A stretch of 63,984 nucleotides of DNA, counting the filler, from Octopus bimaculoides (taxonomy: Eukaryota), in NCBI RefSeq assembly GCF_001194135.2. It is 6 parts of 5 records of this genome, joined end to end, with 100 filler letters (N's around TTAATTAATTAA, not from the genome) between each part and the next. Parts side by side here need not be neighbours in the genome. Positions count along the whole stretch, not along the records: positions 34,467 to 52,799 come from NC_068995.1; positions 52,900 to 62,192 come from NC_068987.1; positions 62,293 to 63,984 come from NC_068991.1; 3 more parts are not named here. One strand, 5' to 3'. A program made the translations under genes and the position numbers. Of this stretch, positions 51,897 to 63,984 are shown in pieces. Every line of letters begins with the position of its first letter. Position 1 is the stretch's first letter. The notes under the pieces are model-generated. The model worked only from the letters and a program-made list of their open reading frames with translations. It was not told the DNA's origin and did no database searches.

Positions 51897-52120
51897 TAAT
51901 ACCGGTTTCAAGATTTAGCACAAGGCCAGGAAGTTTGGGGGAAGGGTTAAGCCGATTAGACCGACCCCTATGTGAGCCTGGCACATCATCGACCCTGAAA
52001 CCGAAAGGATGAATGGCAAACTCTACTATGACAGAAGTTGCACTCAGTAGGTAAACGACGGAAGAAATGCTTTTATATACTTTGTCCGGCATGGTAGCTT
52101 GTTCTACCAGCCACTCGCCT
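51897..52120 (-). mobile_element. Diverged SINE family A
   Basis: ggtttcaagatttagcacaaggccagg..atcgaccctgaaaccgaaaggatgaatggcaaa..ttctaccagccactcgcct. An older copy probably follows at ~52275-52465. Confidence 0.7.
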
Positions 52121-52705
52121 ATTTCCTTGCTATAATATTAACAAATTTTTCATATAGATCCGCATTTAACAGTTTACTGGTATATATCAGTTGGTAAAAT
52201 TATCCATGAATTATTAATAATCAGCGTTAAATAGAGATGTGTAGAAATGGCCAGGCATGAATTGATTTGTAGCTTAGGCATAATGCCACCATTTCGATGG
52301 AGAATCGGCCGATTAAAACGAGACAAGTACTTGACTGGTACTATATTTTATCAATGTCGGAAGAACGAAATACCACGTTGACCTCAGTAATATCTGAAGC
52401 CAGAACGTAGAAAGACGCATTTCAATAACGCAAATGCTATTACTCAGAGCTATAATGATTCTCTTTTTCTACTGACCTATATGTGTTAAAATATTGGTTG
52501 TAAGCCACCATAACTAATATCTATCAATATATTGGTCGTATTTAAAGTATTCATCGCCGACGTTTCATAGTAGAGCGACGCAGACTACTATCAAGATGAA
52601 CTGATCTTTACAATAATGTTAATACGAAATATAAATCATGTTTACACGCATATTCTCATTCTTACTCTTTTTCTTTCTCCTTCACACATTCTCTCTCTCC
52701 TTCTC

Positions 52706-52750
<45 letters not shown>

Positions 52751-52770
52751 GTGTAATATATATATATTTG

Positions 52771-52799
52771 TACGAAGCGGTACTGAAAAGTTCCTGGCT
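52771..52799 (+). mobile_element. Mariner MITE terminal inverted repeat running into a gap
   Basis: tacgaagcggtactgaaaagttcctggct matches the TIR at 36481/36690. Confidence 0.6.
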
Positions 52800-52899
52800 N
52801 NNNNNNNNNNNNNNNNNNNNNNNNNNNNNNNNNNNNNNNNNNNTTAATTAATTAANNNNNNNNNNNNNNNNNNNNNNNNNNNNNNNNNNNNNNNNNNNN

Positions 52900-53274
52900 A
52901 AATTAGCAAAATGTGGAACCTGAAGACTAAAACAATACCTATTGTCATAGGTGCCCTGGGAATGACAGCGAAACGGGCTGATTACTACCTAGCTCAGATA
53001 CCAGGAAACCCCAAAATGGCTGAAGTTCAAAAGATAGTGCTCATGGGAACTGCCCATATCCTACGTAAAATACTGTCTATGTGATCTCAAATTTTAAAAC
53101 AAACACAATTTTCTTATGGTTTCTTAAACATTCTCTAGAACAACACTATGTACAAATCCAAATATATGGTACCCTAGGCATAACATCTACATGAACTTCT
53201 AACTTGTTGTCTCTTGAGGTCTCTGGGTGAGACTTGGATCCAACTTGTACAAATGCAAAACAAAAGTCAAACAT
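52900..53274 (+). mobile_element. R4/Dong-clade element 3' end (starts in a gap)
   Basis: KMWNLKTKTIPIVIGALGMTAKRADYYLAQIPGNPKMAEVQKIVLMGTAHILRKILSM* plus a 3' UTR highly similar to 54185-54553. Ends in (TAA)n. Confidence 0.85.
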
Positions 53275-53294
53275 AAAATAATAATAATAATAAT

Positions 53295-54553
53295 TATCTG
53301 CCAAGAAAAGTGGGAAGCCGTGGATTTTTACGGCTGGAATTAACAATGAGGATTGCCAGAGTTGGCTTAGAGACCTACCTGAAAAACTCTGAGACTGGAT
53401 GTTAAAACTTGTCTCAAAACATGAAAACTCAGTAACAAAGCAGCACCATACTCAGTAACAAAACAGGCAAAGGAATATATAAGTAAATTCCAAATACAAC
53501 AAATTCTAGAATTAGACGTACTGGAAACAAGCACAGAAAAAGCTAAGCGTATGAAAACCTGTGCTAAACTGCTGCTTTAGATGTTCTTACTGATAAATGG
53601 CAAGAAAAAAAAACCTCAATGGCAAATACCCAAAGAAAGCTAATAATGCCGATGTTGACAAAGCCCTTACCCATCAATGCTTCATGGCTTCTGGTTTAAA
53701 ATCAGAAACAGAAGGGTTTATCATAGCAGCCCAAGATCAATGCCTACCTACAAGGAACTACGAGGCCAACATATTAGAGATCAGTAGCTGCCCAACATGT
53801 CGCGTATGCTAACAACAAAATGAAACCATTGATCATGTTGTCTTCATGTGCAGTCTTCTTGCGCCTACAGAGTATCTCAACAGGCATGATAGAGCAACAC
53901 AATATATTCACTGGGAAATTTGCAAAAACCTGGACCTGCCCATTGATAAAATCTGGTGGGAACACGAACCACCTCCAGTGCTTGAAAATGATCATATCTC
54001 ACTCCTCTGGAACTTCACCATTCAAACTGACAGAAAGATAATTGCAAATAGGCCAGACATTATATTGAAAGTCTTCAGACAAAAATCAAGCCTCCTCATT
54101 GATATGACTGTCCCAATCGATGTAAATGTATCTATCAAGACCTACCAAAAACTGAGCAAGTATAATGATCTTGAAATAGAAATTGGCAAAATGTGGAACC
54201 TGAAGACTAAAGCAATACCTGTTGTCATAGGTGCCCTAGGAATAATAGCAAAAGGGGCTGATTGCTACCTAGCTCAGATACCAGGAAACCCCAGAATGGC
54301 AGAAATTCAAAAGATAGTGCTCATGAGAACTGCCCATATCCTACGTAAAATACTGTCTATGTAACCTCAAATTTTAAAACAAACTCATAATTTTCTTATG
54401 TTTTCTTAAACATTCTCTAGAACAATACTATGTATAGAACCAAATATATGACATCCTTTGCATAACACCAACATGAGCTTCTAACTTGTCTCTTGAGGTT
54501 TCTGAGTGAGACTTGGAACCAATTTGTACAAATACAATGCAAAAGTCAAACAT
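53295..54553 (+). mobile_element. 5'-truncated R4/Dong-clade element: post-RT region, CCHC knuckle, restriction-like endonuclease, 3' UTR
   Basis: YLPRK.G.RG, SETEGFIIAAQDQCLPTRNY, CRVC..ETIDHVVFMC, EYLNRHD, LLWNFTIQTDRKIIANRPDIILK..LLIDMTVP.D..KLSKYNDLEIEI..VVIGALG. (TAA)n on both sides. Confidence 0.92.
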
Positions 54554-54570
54554 ACAGTAATAATAATAAA

Positions 54571-54765
54571 AATGGTTTCAAATTTTGCCACAAAGGCAGC
54601 AATTTTGGGGGTGGGGATGCGTCGATTACATCAATTCCAGTGTTCAACTGGTACTTATTTTATCGACTCCGAAAGGATGAAAGGTAAAGTCTATCTCAGC
54701 GGAATTTGAACTCAGAACGTAGCGACGGACGAAATGCCGCTTAGCATCTTCTCCGGCGTACTAAC
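54571..54765 (-). mobile_element. SINE family A
   Basis: aatggtttcaaattttgccacaaag..ctggtacttattttatcgactccgaaaggatgaaaggtaaagtc..ggaatttgaactcagaacgtagcg. Confidence 0.88.
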
Positions 54766-54813
54766 AACCGCAACAGCGACAACGACGACGACGACAACAA
54801 CAACAACAACAAT

Positions 54814-55030
54814 AATGGTTTTCAATTTAGGCATAAAGCAAGTATTTTGAAGAGTATTTAGTCGATGCCATTGACCTTAGTACCTGGCAAATACTTTATT
54901 TTTTCAACCGGTGAGGGATGAAAGGCAAAGTTGATTTCCGTGAAATTTGAACTCAGAATGTAAAGAATCGGAAGAAAGGCTGTAATTTGATTTGTCTGCC
55001 GCTCTAACAATTCTGCCAATCTCCAACCCT
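54814..55030 (-). mobile_element. Older SINE family A copy
   Basis: gggatgaaaggcaaagttgatttccgtgaaatttgaactcagaatgtaaag..ctaacaattctgccaa. Confidence 0.75.
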
Positions 55031-55778
55031 AAAAGAAAGGAAAGCATTGGCGCGGGGCCTGAAGTGTTTCGGTGGCTAAGTGATTACATCTACCATAATA
55101 CTTGATTGCTACCTCCATTTTCTTATACGTAAATTCTAGAAGTATGCATGTAGAAACATATGTAAGTCGAAACCATCGGGATTTGAATACAAAACGTGAA
55201 GAGAAGAATCTAATACCTATCTCCCCTCCCACTAACGCTCTTCTTTATAATAATGTCGCAAAAATAGAAAGATAAATAAATAAATAAATAAATAAACAAA
55301 AACAAGAAAAAAAGAAGTGCATTTCAAATAACTCATGAAATTTCCTTGCATGAAGGATTCACTGGTTTTTACCTTAAAGGTTTATTCTGTTTATATTGGT
55401 TCCAGTTTGAGTTTGCAAGCTAAGATAAACCAATCAGTTTGGGTCGTAGTTTAAATATATTCATAGTTTTCCTGTTGATATTGCTCATGTTGCAATGTTT
55501 TCTGTTTTAGGGCAAATCGATTTTCTCATATATTTTTTTTCCATTTTGATTTCATTCACATTTCTTTCTTTCTGAATACATAAATTAAAAATTTCTTCTA
55601 TTTATTCTTTTTAAGAAGTATTTCTCTTTTTTTTCTCTTCTTCGGTGGATATGCTTGCATGTATGTGAATGCATGTGTACATTTATTTATATGTTTATGT
55701 ACACACGCATGCATGCACATGGGTAATAAATATTTGCATCGATATAACGTTTGATATGAATATAAATGCTTGCGTAGG

Positions 55779-55826
<48 letters not shown>

Positions 55827-56514
55827 NNNNNNNNNNNNNNNNNNNNNNNNNNNNNNNNNNNNNNNNNNNNNNNNNNNNNNNNNNNNNNNNNNNNNNNNNN
55901 NNNNNNNNNNNNNNNNNNNNNNNNNNNNNNNNNNNNNNNNNNNNNNNNNNNNNNNNNNNNNNNNNNNNNNNNNNNNNNNNNNNNNNNNNNNNNNNNNNNN
56001 NNNNNNNNNNNNNNNNNNNNNNNNNNNNNNNNNNNNNNNNNNNNNNNNNNNNNNNNNNNNNNNNNNNNNNNNNNNNNNNNNNNNNNNNNNNNNNNNNNNN
56101 NNNNNNNNNNNNNNNNNNNNNNNNNNNNNNNNNNNNNNNNNNNNNNNNNNNNNNNNNNNNNNNNNNNNNNNNNNNNNNNNNNNNNNNNNNNNNNNNNNNN
56201 NNNNNNNNNNNNNNNNNNNNNNNNNNNNNNNNNNNNNNNNNNNNNNNNNNNNNNNNNNNNNNNNNNNNNNNNNNNNNNNNNNNNNNNNNNNNNNNNNNNN
56301 NNNNNNNNNNNNNNNNNNNNNNNNNNNNNNNNNNNNNNNNNNNNNNNNNNNNNNNNNNNNNNNNNNNNNNNNNNNNNNNNNNNNNNNNNNNNNNNNNNNN
56401 NNNNNNNNNNNNNNNNNTATATATATATGTATATATATATACATGAATATATATATGTATGTTTGCGTGTGTATGTTTCTATCTATCTATTCTATCTATC
56501 TATCTATCTATCTA

Positions 56515-56556
56515 TACCACCTGTCTTCGTCTGTTGTTTTTTCGTTACTTCTCCTA
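56515..56556 (+). mobile_element. Short PLE terminal segment
   Basis: taccacctgtcttcgtctgttgtttttt..ctcc then (TA)n. Matches 12630-12680. Confidence 0.5.
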
Positions 56557-56652
56557 TATATATATACTGTTTTTATGAAATAATAACGTATGCATTTGCG
56601 AGATAGCGGTAGGTAGATAGGTAGGTAGACAGATAGAAAGACAGATAAATAG

Positions 56653-56683
<31 letters not shown>

Positions 56684-57430
56684 GAGAGAGAGGGAGAGAG
56701 AGATAGATAGAGAGAGAGAGAGAGAGAGGATGAAAGTGAGAAAGGAAGAGAGGGTATTTGCGTGTATTTTAATTAACAATCCACAAAACAGTACTTTTGA
56801 AATTATAATTTGAAATGTAAGGTAAACCTTACTAGAGTGTGTTTTTAACAAATACAGTTTTACCACACTATGAAAAGTAAAGAACGAGGTTAATAAAGAC
56901 GAAAAAAATTTATTAAAATCAAAATCAATCATATCGATCTTTTCATCTGATCACACAAAGAAAATCCTCTGATGTTATCACTGTTTATTTTTAATAGCGA
57001 TGCTAAATTGTGTTTTTACTTAAAACACACACTAGCGAGGTTTACTACACATCTCAAATACATGCTCAAATATATAGGTGCATATACATACATACATACA
57101 TACATACACACATATATGCATGCATGCATGCTTACATACAAACATACATACATGCATACATATATATTTATATATAAATATATACATACAAGTACATTCA
57201 TATATACACACATATACATGAATATATGTATATGTGTGTTTATATACATATGTGTATATGTGTGTGTATTTGTATATACATACACATACGTTTGTATATA
57301 TGCCTATATATATGTACACATACACACGTACACACACATACACACGTACACACACACGTACACACACATACACATATGTATGTATGTATGTGTCTGCCTG
57401 TCTGTCTGTCTGTCTGTCTGTCTGCCTGCC

Positions 57431-57504
<74 letters not shown>

Positions 57505-57510
57505 TGTCTG

Positions 57511-57552
<42 letters not shown>

Positions 57553-57669
57553 NNNNNNNNNNTATCTATCTATCTATCTACATGTATATATATGATCAAT
57601 GAACAGAAGCAAGAAAGACAAGTTTCCACAAAGGTGCTACACTAACGCTAGTAAAGAAAAATGAAAGAG

Positions 57670-57711
<42 letters not shown>

Positions 57712-58399
57712 CGCGTGTGTGTTTGTGTATTTATGTATCTATGTGATATATAAATATATATGTGCATAGGTCAATTTGTGCCAAGTGGCTTTAGTCAAAT
57801 TGCTTTGGGGAATGAGATATCTCACGTTTGGACAGAGTCCTTTTTTCAGGATTGAGATGACAGCGGGGAAGAAGGAAAGATAACTTTGAATGAATGAATA
57901 TTCACTACTGCATGTTTTGGGTTCATTTTTTTTTGTTTCGCTTTGCATATCCAGATACTGTATGAAGGCTTCTTGTTGTTACCAACACGATGTATGATTC
58001 ACTGATTGTCCATGTAATTCAGAAAAGCCTTAAAGTATGTGTCATCTAATGCCCTACCCAGATACAGGTTCCCATATTAGCAGCTTTGAAGAGTTTATGA
58101 GAAATATACAAAACGTACTCATTATAGCTGATACTTGTGCTTTCATTACCCCTCTGGGATGAGTAAGCCAACAGGGAATAATGTGTCTGCTGGGTCATAT
58201 TAAGTGAAGAGCTACCTTTAAGCAGCACGGAAATGGTTGGCACTAATTAATGCCAGACAAGGCCTCTTCATGCATCAACTACTAACACAATTTCCTCACG
58301 CAGGATAATACATAAGATTTTAAAATCGCCACAACCATACCTTCATAAGAAATCATATTATTGATATTATTTTATATATGTCAACCCCGGTGGAATTAG

Positions 58400-58548
58400 A
58401 GAAGTCAATTCCGCCGGTGTTGACTTTGCTTTTCATTCTTTCGAGATCGCTAAAATAAGTACCAGTTGAACACTGGGGTCAGTTTAATCGACTTATTCAC
58501 TCCCCCAAACATGCTGGCTTTGTATCAAATTTTGAAAATAACATTATC
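58400..58548 (+). mobile_element. 5'-truncated SINE family A
   Basis: aattccgccggtgttgactttgcttttcattctttcgagatcgctaaaataagtaccagttgaacactgggg..aaattttgaaaa. Confidence 0.8.
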
Positions 58549-58857
58549 TTATATATATACTTACTGTCGTTGTTGTTGTGTAACTCCAAATCAGCTCTGA
58601 TCTTGAAAACCTAGATCATGGAGATAGCCAACTGCTCAGCTAGATTGGAGCTACAGATCACTCACTCACTCACTGACTCCTTCCATTCGACCTCCGTCCG
58701 TCCGTCCGTCCATCCCGCAATCAATCAGTCAATCAATCAATCAATCAAACAAGCAAGAAGGCAAACGAGCTAGAAGGCAAACAAGCTGGCAAACAAGCAC
58801 AATATATGAAGAAGAACTAAAATTTAGAACTTAATATCATTTAGGTTTATCTTTCAG

Positions 58858-58960
58858 GCATGAAGTGAGAAGCCATGCTCGTAACCGGTTTGCCGAGAGA
58901 AGGGCAACATCTGCACCCTTATTTACTGAGTCTCTTAAGTTAATGGAAGAAAAAAGGTGA
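58858..58960 (+). CDS. Candidate exon (HEVRSHARNRFAERRATSAPLFTESLKLMEEKR*)
   Basis: Acceptor tttatctttcag and an open frame of plausible composition in non-repeat DNA. Could end at the aag/gtgaag donor instead. No recognised homology. Confidence 0.25.
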
Positions 58961-59301
58961 AGCTATAACTCATGAGGTTTTATCAGATTGAAAACCTGCT
59001 CCAAATGCTTGCAACGGTATCGATTCTGCCAAAGTCGCGCAAGGACTGTTGTTTCAGATGTTAAACCGAGCGGCATGCTATGCCTACAAGGTTTGAACGA
59101 TGAATGTGTTAAAGATGTCTTTACACGTGTTTAAATCAGTGTTTTTGTAGTGACGGTGAGGTCAGAGGATCGAAAAAATGTATGGGACAAATTGCAATGT
59201 TTAATAAAAATTAAGATGGTTTTATTCTTTTGTAATTTGTCCAACGTCATGGTGAAGAAAGGTTTATATGGATGCAAACTAGTTTGCGTTCTCATTTATA
59301 A

Positions 59302-59384
<83 letters not shown>

Positions 59385-59490
59385 GAGAGAGAGAGAGAGA
59401 GAGAGAGAGGGAGAAAGAAAGGTAGGGGAGAGTGTGTATATGTATATAGGGAAATTTCCCTAATATTTTGCTGTCATTTAATATATATGT

Positions 59491-59825
59491 GTGAAGGCGC
59501 ATGGCTCAGTGGTTGGAGCGTCGAGCTTACGATCGTGAGGTTGTAGTCGAATCTCGGACCGGGCTGCGTGTTGTGTTCTTGAGTAAGACACTTTACTTCA
59601 TGTTGCTCCAGTTCACTCAGCTGTAGAAATGAGTTGCAACGTCACAGATGCCAAGCTGTATCGGCCTTTGCCTTTCCCTTGGATAACACTGGTGGCGTGA
59701 AGAGGGGAGGCTGGTATGCATGGGCGACTGCTGATCTTCCATAAAACAACCTTGCCCGGACTTGTGACTCAGAAGGTAACTTTCTAGGTGCAATGTCATG
59801 GTCAGTCATAACCGAAGGGGGTCTC
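59491..59825 (+). mobile_element. Full-length tRNA-derived SINE family C (CORE/V-like central domain)
   Basis: A-box-like TGGCTCAGTGGTT, degenerate B-box GTAGTCGAATCTC, core gttgtgttcttgagtaagacactttacttcatgttgctccagttcactcagctgtagaaatgagt. Flanked by AT microsatellite. Confidence 0.8.
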
Positions 59826-60614
59826 AGCATATGTATATATATATATATAAATATATATAAATATATATAAATATATATAAATATATATATATAAATATAT
59901 ATATATATAAATATATATATATNNNNNNNNNNNNNNNNNNNNNNNNNNNNNNNNNNNNNNNNNNNNNNNNNNNNNNNNNNNNNNNNNNNNNNNNNNNNNN
60001 NNNNNNNNNNNNNNNNNNNNNNNNNNNNNNNNNNNNNNNNNNNNNNNNNNNNNNNNNNNNNNNNNNNNNNNNNNNNNNNNNNNNNNNNNNNNNNNNNNNN
60101 NNNNNNNNNNNNNNNNNNNNNNNNNNNNNNNNNNNNNNNNNNNNNNNNNNNNNNNNNNNNNNNNNNNNNNNNNNNNNNNNNNNNNNNNNNNNNNNNNNNN
60201 NNNNNNNNNNNNNNNNNNNNNNNNNNNNNNNNNNNNNNNNNNNNNNNNNNNNNNNNNNNNNNNNNNNNNNNNNNNNNNNNNNNNNNNNNNNNNNNNNNNN
60301 NNNNNNNNNNNNNNNNNNNNNNNNNNNNNNNNNNNNNNNNNNNNNNNNNNNNNNNNNNNNNNNNNNNNNNNNNNNNNNNNNNNNNNNNNNNNNNNNNNNN
60401 NNNNNNNNNNNNNNNNNNNNNNNNNNNNNNNNNNNNNNTATATATTGTATATTATATTATATATTGTATATTCCATATTCTATATCCCACATTGGTTTTG
60501 CAGGAATATAAATAAAACATAAAAAACAGACAGTGTTGGAACTCTTTTAAACAAAATAATATATTCCTCTATACACAATCATACAAAACCCCTTTTTTTG
60601 TATTTATTTTTACT

Positions 60615-60691
<77 letters not shown>

Positions 60692-61133
60692 TGATTGATA
60701 GATAGATAGATAGAGAGAATAAGAGGGAATGTATATGCATGGTTAAATAACACAGGTTGATAAAATATCGGGCAGCTAGGCAGCTAGGCAGCTGGCCTAC
60801 TCTGATTAATTTCAAGGATTAAATTATTTTTATAGCAAGCGAAAGGCCAAGAATTTGCTGAGTTACGCTGATTGGTCAGTTTTAGCCAACGGAAAGCATC
60901 GAGTCAACTTGGATAGGTTGCTTCATGTTTAAGCGCAAAAAAATACGAGAAATGAATTTGGTCAATGAGATGAAATTTAACAATACCAGCAGTAACTGTA
61001 TGTGTGAGCACGTGTTTGTGTGTGTGTGTGTTTGTGTGTGTGTACGTGTGTGTGTGTGAGTGTGTATGTGTGTGTGGGTATGCATATTTTGCTGGGGTAA
61101 ACGAGAGCATCAGAAACTATAGGAAGAAACTAT

Positions 61134-61356
61134 GGCGGCGAGCTGGCAGAAACGTTAGCACGCCGGACGAAATGCTTAATGGTATTTCGTCTGCCGCTAC
61201 GTTCTGAGTTCAAATTCCACCGAGGTCGACTTTGCCTTTCATCCTTTCGGGGTCGATAAATTAAGTACCAGTTACGCACTGGGTAATCGACTTAATCCCT
61301 TTGTCTGTCCTTGTTTGTCCCCTCTATGTTTAGCCCCTTGTGGGCAATAAAGAAAA
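61134..61356 (+). mobile_element. Full-length SINE family A with TSD
   Basis: ggcggcgagctggcagaaacgttagc..gtgggcaataaagaaaa. TSD AAGAAACTAT at 61124-61133 and 61357-61366. Confidence 0.92.
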
Positions 61357-62585
61357 AAGAAACTATGGGAAGCCAGTGGCATCATAATCTAGGTCTAACG
61401 CTCATTTTCCAATTTTTTTTCTGTTTCAGTTGATGTATCAATATATAAAAACTAAACGTAAGCACATATTCTTGAAGAGTACTCTCTGTACAATATTCCA
61501 AAATAAGATACGCTACATATGAGCCAAGAAAGGAGTCTTTATACCTCACATGGAATATCTAGAAACAGTATTCGAATATTCATAGACCTAGACGAACTAA
61601 ATTTAAATATGAAAAAAAAAAAGAAAGAAAAGAAAACTAGACGACTTACAACTCACGGTTGCAATAATTTTGATTGTTGGTCTTTCAATTAAGGTTGATT
61701 TGACCATTACTCGTCTGAAAAAAAGAAGAAAACTGAAGAAAAACATTATATATGCTGTTAAAAAGAAAGTATTCAGAAGTTTGAGAAATAGTTTATTACC
61801 TATCATAGTCTTCTAGCGCTTTCATTCCTCACGGAATTCTTCAAAAGTTGTGAATTACTGTGTGTAATATATATAAAGCTATATATATATATATATATAG
61901 CTTTTTTTTTGCCGAACAAGCTGCATGAATGATTTGTTTACAGTGATTTAGTAACCAAATGTGCGTGTTGTACATTAGCTCACTCGCCCCGTCAAATCGG
62001 TATACATATACACCTAGATCCTTGGGTCTTACCTTTACACACACACACACGCGCGCGCGTCTGTATTTGTGAAATTTTTTTGAAAAATGTCAGAAATTCA
62101 AATACTCTAAAATTGTTTACTTGAGTCTGGAGTTGGTCAAAGAATAACTGAATTTTGGAAATGAGTTAAGATGCTTGCTCACTTGTTTGTTGNNNNNNNN
62201 NNNNNNNNNNNNNNNNNNNNNNNNNNNNNNNNNNNNTTAATTAATTAANNNNNNNNNNNNNNNNNNNNNNNNNNNNNNNNNNNNNNNNNNNNTATATATA
62301 TATATATACATATATATAATATATATATATATATGTTACGTACACACAAATGTATTTTTGTGTTGTGTGTGTGTCTGTGTGCGTGTGTGTGTGCGCGTGT
62401 ATGTGTGTGTATCTCGCACACTCATATATCGAATAGAGATGATATATATTTATATTTGTGTTGAATTGAAATACGACTAATTATTAATTCTTAAATTAAT
62501 TGCTTTATATAATCATGATTCTCATGAGTATCGATATCGTGTTTTAAGGAGGTGAATTTCTTTGTGTATATTTATATCTGCATAA

Positions 62586-62735
62586 CATTTCGATCTGTTA
62601 CATCGGCCACCGTCGTATATACTCACCCCTGGACGGGACGCCGGTTCATTGCAGAATTACTCAGTCTTGCTTGCTAAGTAGATTCGAGCAATGTAAAGAA
62701 AGCATCACCCTAACCACTAAGCCACGTGCCTCCAC
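62586..62735 (-). mobile_element. Internally deleted tRNA-headed SINE
   Basis: Minus strand gtggaggcacgtggcttagtggttaggg (A-box-like) fused to ..ggcgtcccgtccaggggtgagtatatacg tail. Confidence 0.5.
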
Positions 62736-62772
62736 AATATGCATACGTACATGCACACAAATATGCATATTG

Positions 62773-62804
<32 letters not shown>

Positions 62805-63026
62805 CAAGCATAAACATGCACACGCACATATACGCGCGCGCGCACGCATACACACACACATATACGTAAATGTCGAACGATGAAAATGAGTGTTTAACAC
62901 AGTGTTTGTGGACATTTCTTTATTTTTGAATTAAGGCTACCTTTGGTTTCATGCTAAGAAAGTTGCATATCCTAGTTTCTAAACAATATATGTATATACA
63001 TATACATACATACAAATATATACTAT

Positions 63027-63067
<41 letters not shown>

Positions 63068-63157
63068 CATGCATACATATATACATATGGAGGGTATATG
63101 TATATATGTGTTTGGTTGTGTGTGTGTGTGCGTGTGTGTGTGTGTTTTTGTATCTAT

Positions 63158-63372
63158 GTTTGTCCGTCACCCCTCACAACCACCACCATCGCTTGACAAC
63201 CGATGCTGGTGTGTTTACGTCCCCGTAACTTAGCGATTCCGCAAAAGAAACCTTTAGAATAAGTAAGAGGCTTACAAAGAGTAAGTCCAGGGGTCGATTT
63301 GTTCGGCTAAAAGGCGAAGCTCCAGCATGGCCGCATTTAAATGACTGAAACAAGTAAAAGAATAAAAGAATA
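63158..63372 (+). mobile_element. SINE family B 3' half
   Basis: catcgcttgacaaccgatgctggtgtgtttacgtccccgtaacttagcg..ccagcatggccgcatttaaatgactgaaacaagtaaaagaataaaag. Confidence 0.88.
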
Positions 63373-63722
63373 TAAATATATATATATATATATATAAGGA
63401 TGTAGTTATCGAGTAGGACAGTAATAGGCCACTTCTGGCCGTTTTGAACAAGATGGTCACATTTCCCAACTTTAAATCATGTTCAAACTGGAGGTTTAGT
63501 GGCACACCTATTTGAGCATTCATAATGCGCACCTATTAGTTTGAGTCACCTATCCTTTGTATGTATGTATGTATGTATGTATGTATGTATGTATTTATGC
63601 ATGTATGTATGTACGTATGTAAGTATGTATGTGTGCGCGCGCGTATGTGTATGTGTGTGTGTATGTGTTTCTAAGTATGTACGTATGTATTTGCGTGCGT
63701 ACGTATGTATTTACTACAGACA

Positions 63723-63781
<59 letters not shown>

Positions 63782-63789
63782 TTTTTTTC

Positions 63790-63984
63790 TTTTTTTCTTG
63801 TTTCAGTCATTGAACTGTGGCCATACTGGGGCACCGCCGTGAAGGATTTACTTGAACAAATTGAACTCAGTACATACTTTTTTTTTTGTTAAGCCTGTAG
63901 CCTGTTCTATAGTTCGCTTTTGCCGAAACACAATGTGAAATGGAGACGTAAAAAAAAACTATTATCTATCGTTAAGTGGTAGTG
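63790..63984 (-). mobile_element. Diverged SINE family B 3' end
   Basis: cttgtttcagtcattgaactgtggccatactggggcaccgcc..cttttgccgaaac. Confidence 0.75.

Noticed and set aside
59491-59570. tRNA-like sequence
   Set aside because: No complete cloverleaf, and it continues into a SINE body. It is a SINE head, as are the other tRNA-like heads.

Overview
AT-rich, gap-riddled eukaryotic draft scaffold, dense in microsatellites. The SINE repertoire suggests a coleoid cephalopod, probably Octopus (recall-based, not verified). No complete protein-coding gene, tRNA, full rRNA gene or CRISPR array is supported, and most ORF-track entries are microsatellite or N-gap artefacts. The window is mostly transposon debris: three groups of tRNA-derived SINEs; Penelope-like element (PLE) fragments (RT, GIY-YIG endonuclease, terminal repeats); four R4/Dong-clade retrotransposon remnants with restriction-like endonuclease (three sit in TAA tracts); and mariner/Tc1 remnants and MITEs. 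Best leads: (1) type I hammerhead ribozyme folds in PLE termini with non-canonical cores (27749-27836, 12548-12584, 46770-46806); (2) an isolated 50-nt piece of the 18S rRNA 5' end among hairpins (29203-29252); (3) a 0.63-0.69 kb inverted repeat (25588-27496); (4) Dong-like elements and SINE tails sharing TAA tracts. A few short splice-bounded open segments may be host exons, but none matches a protein I recognise. All alignments and folds were done by eye.
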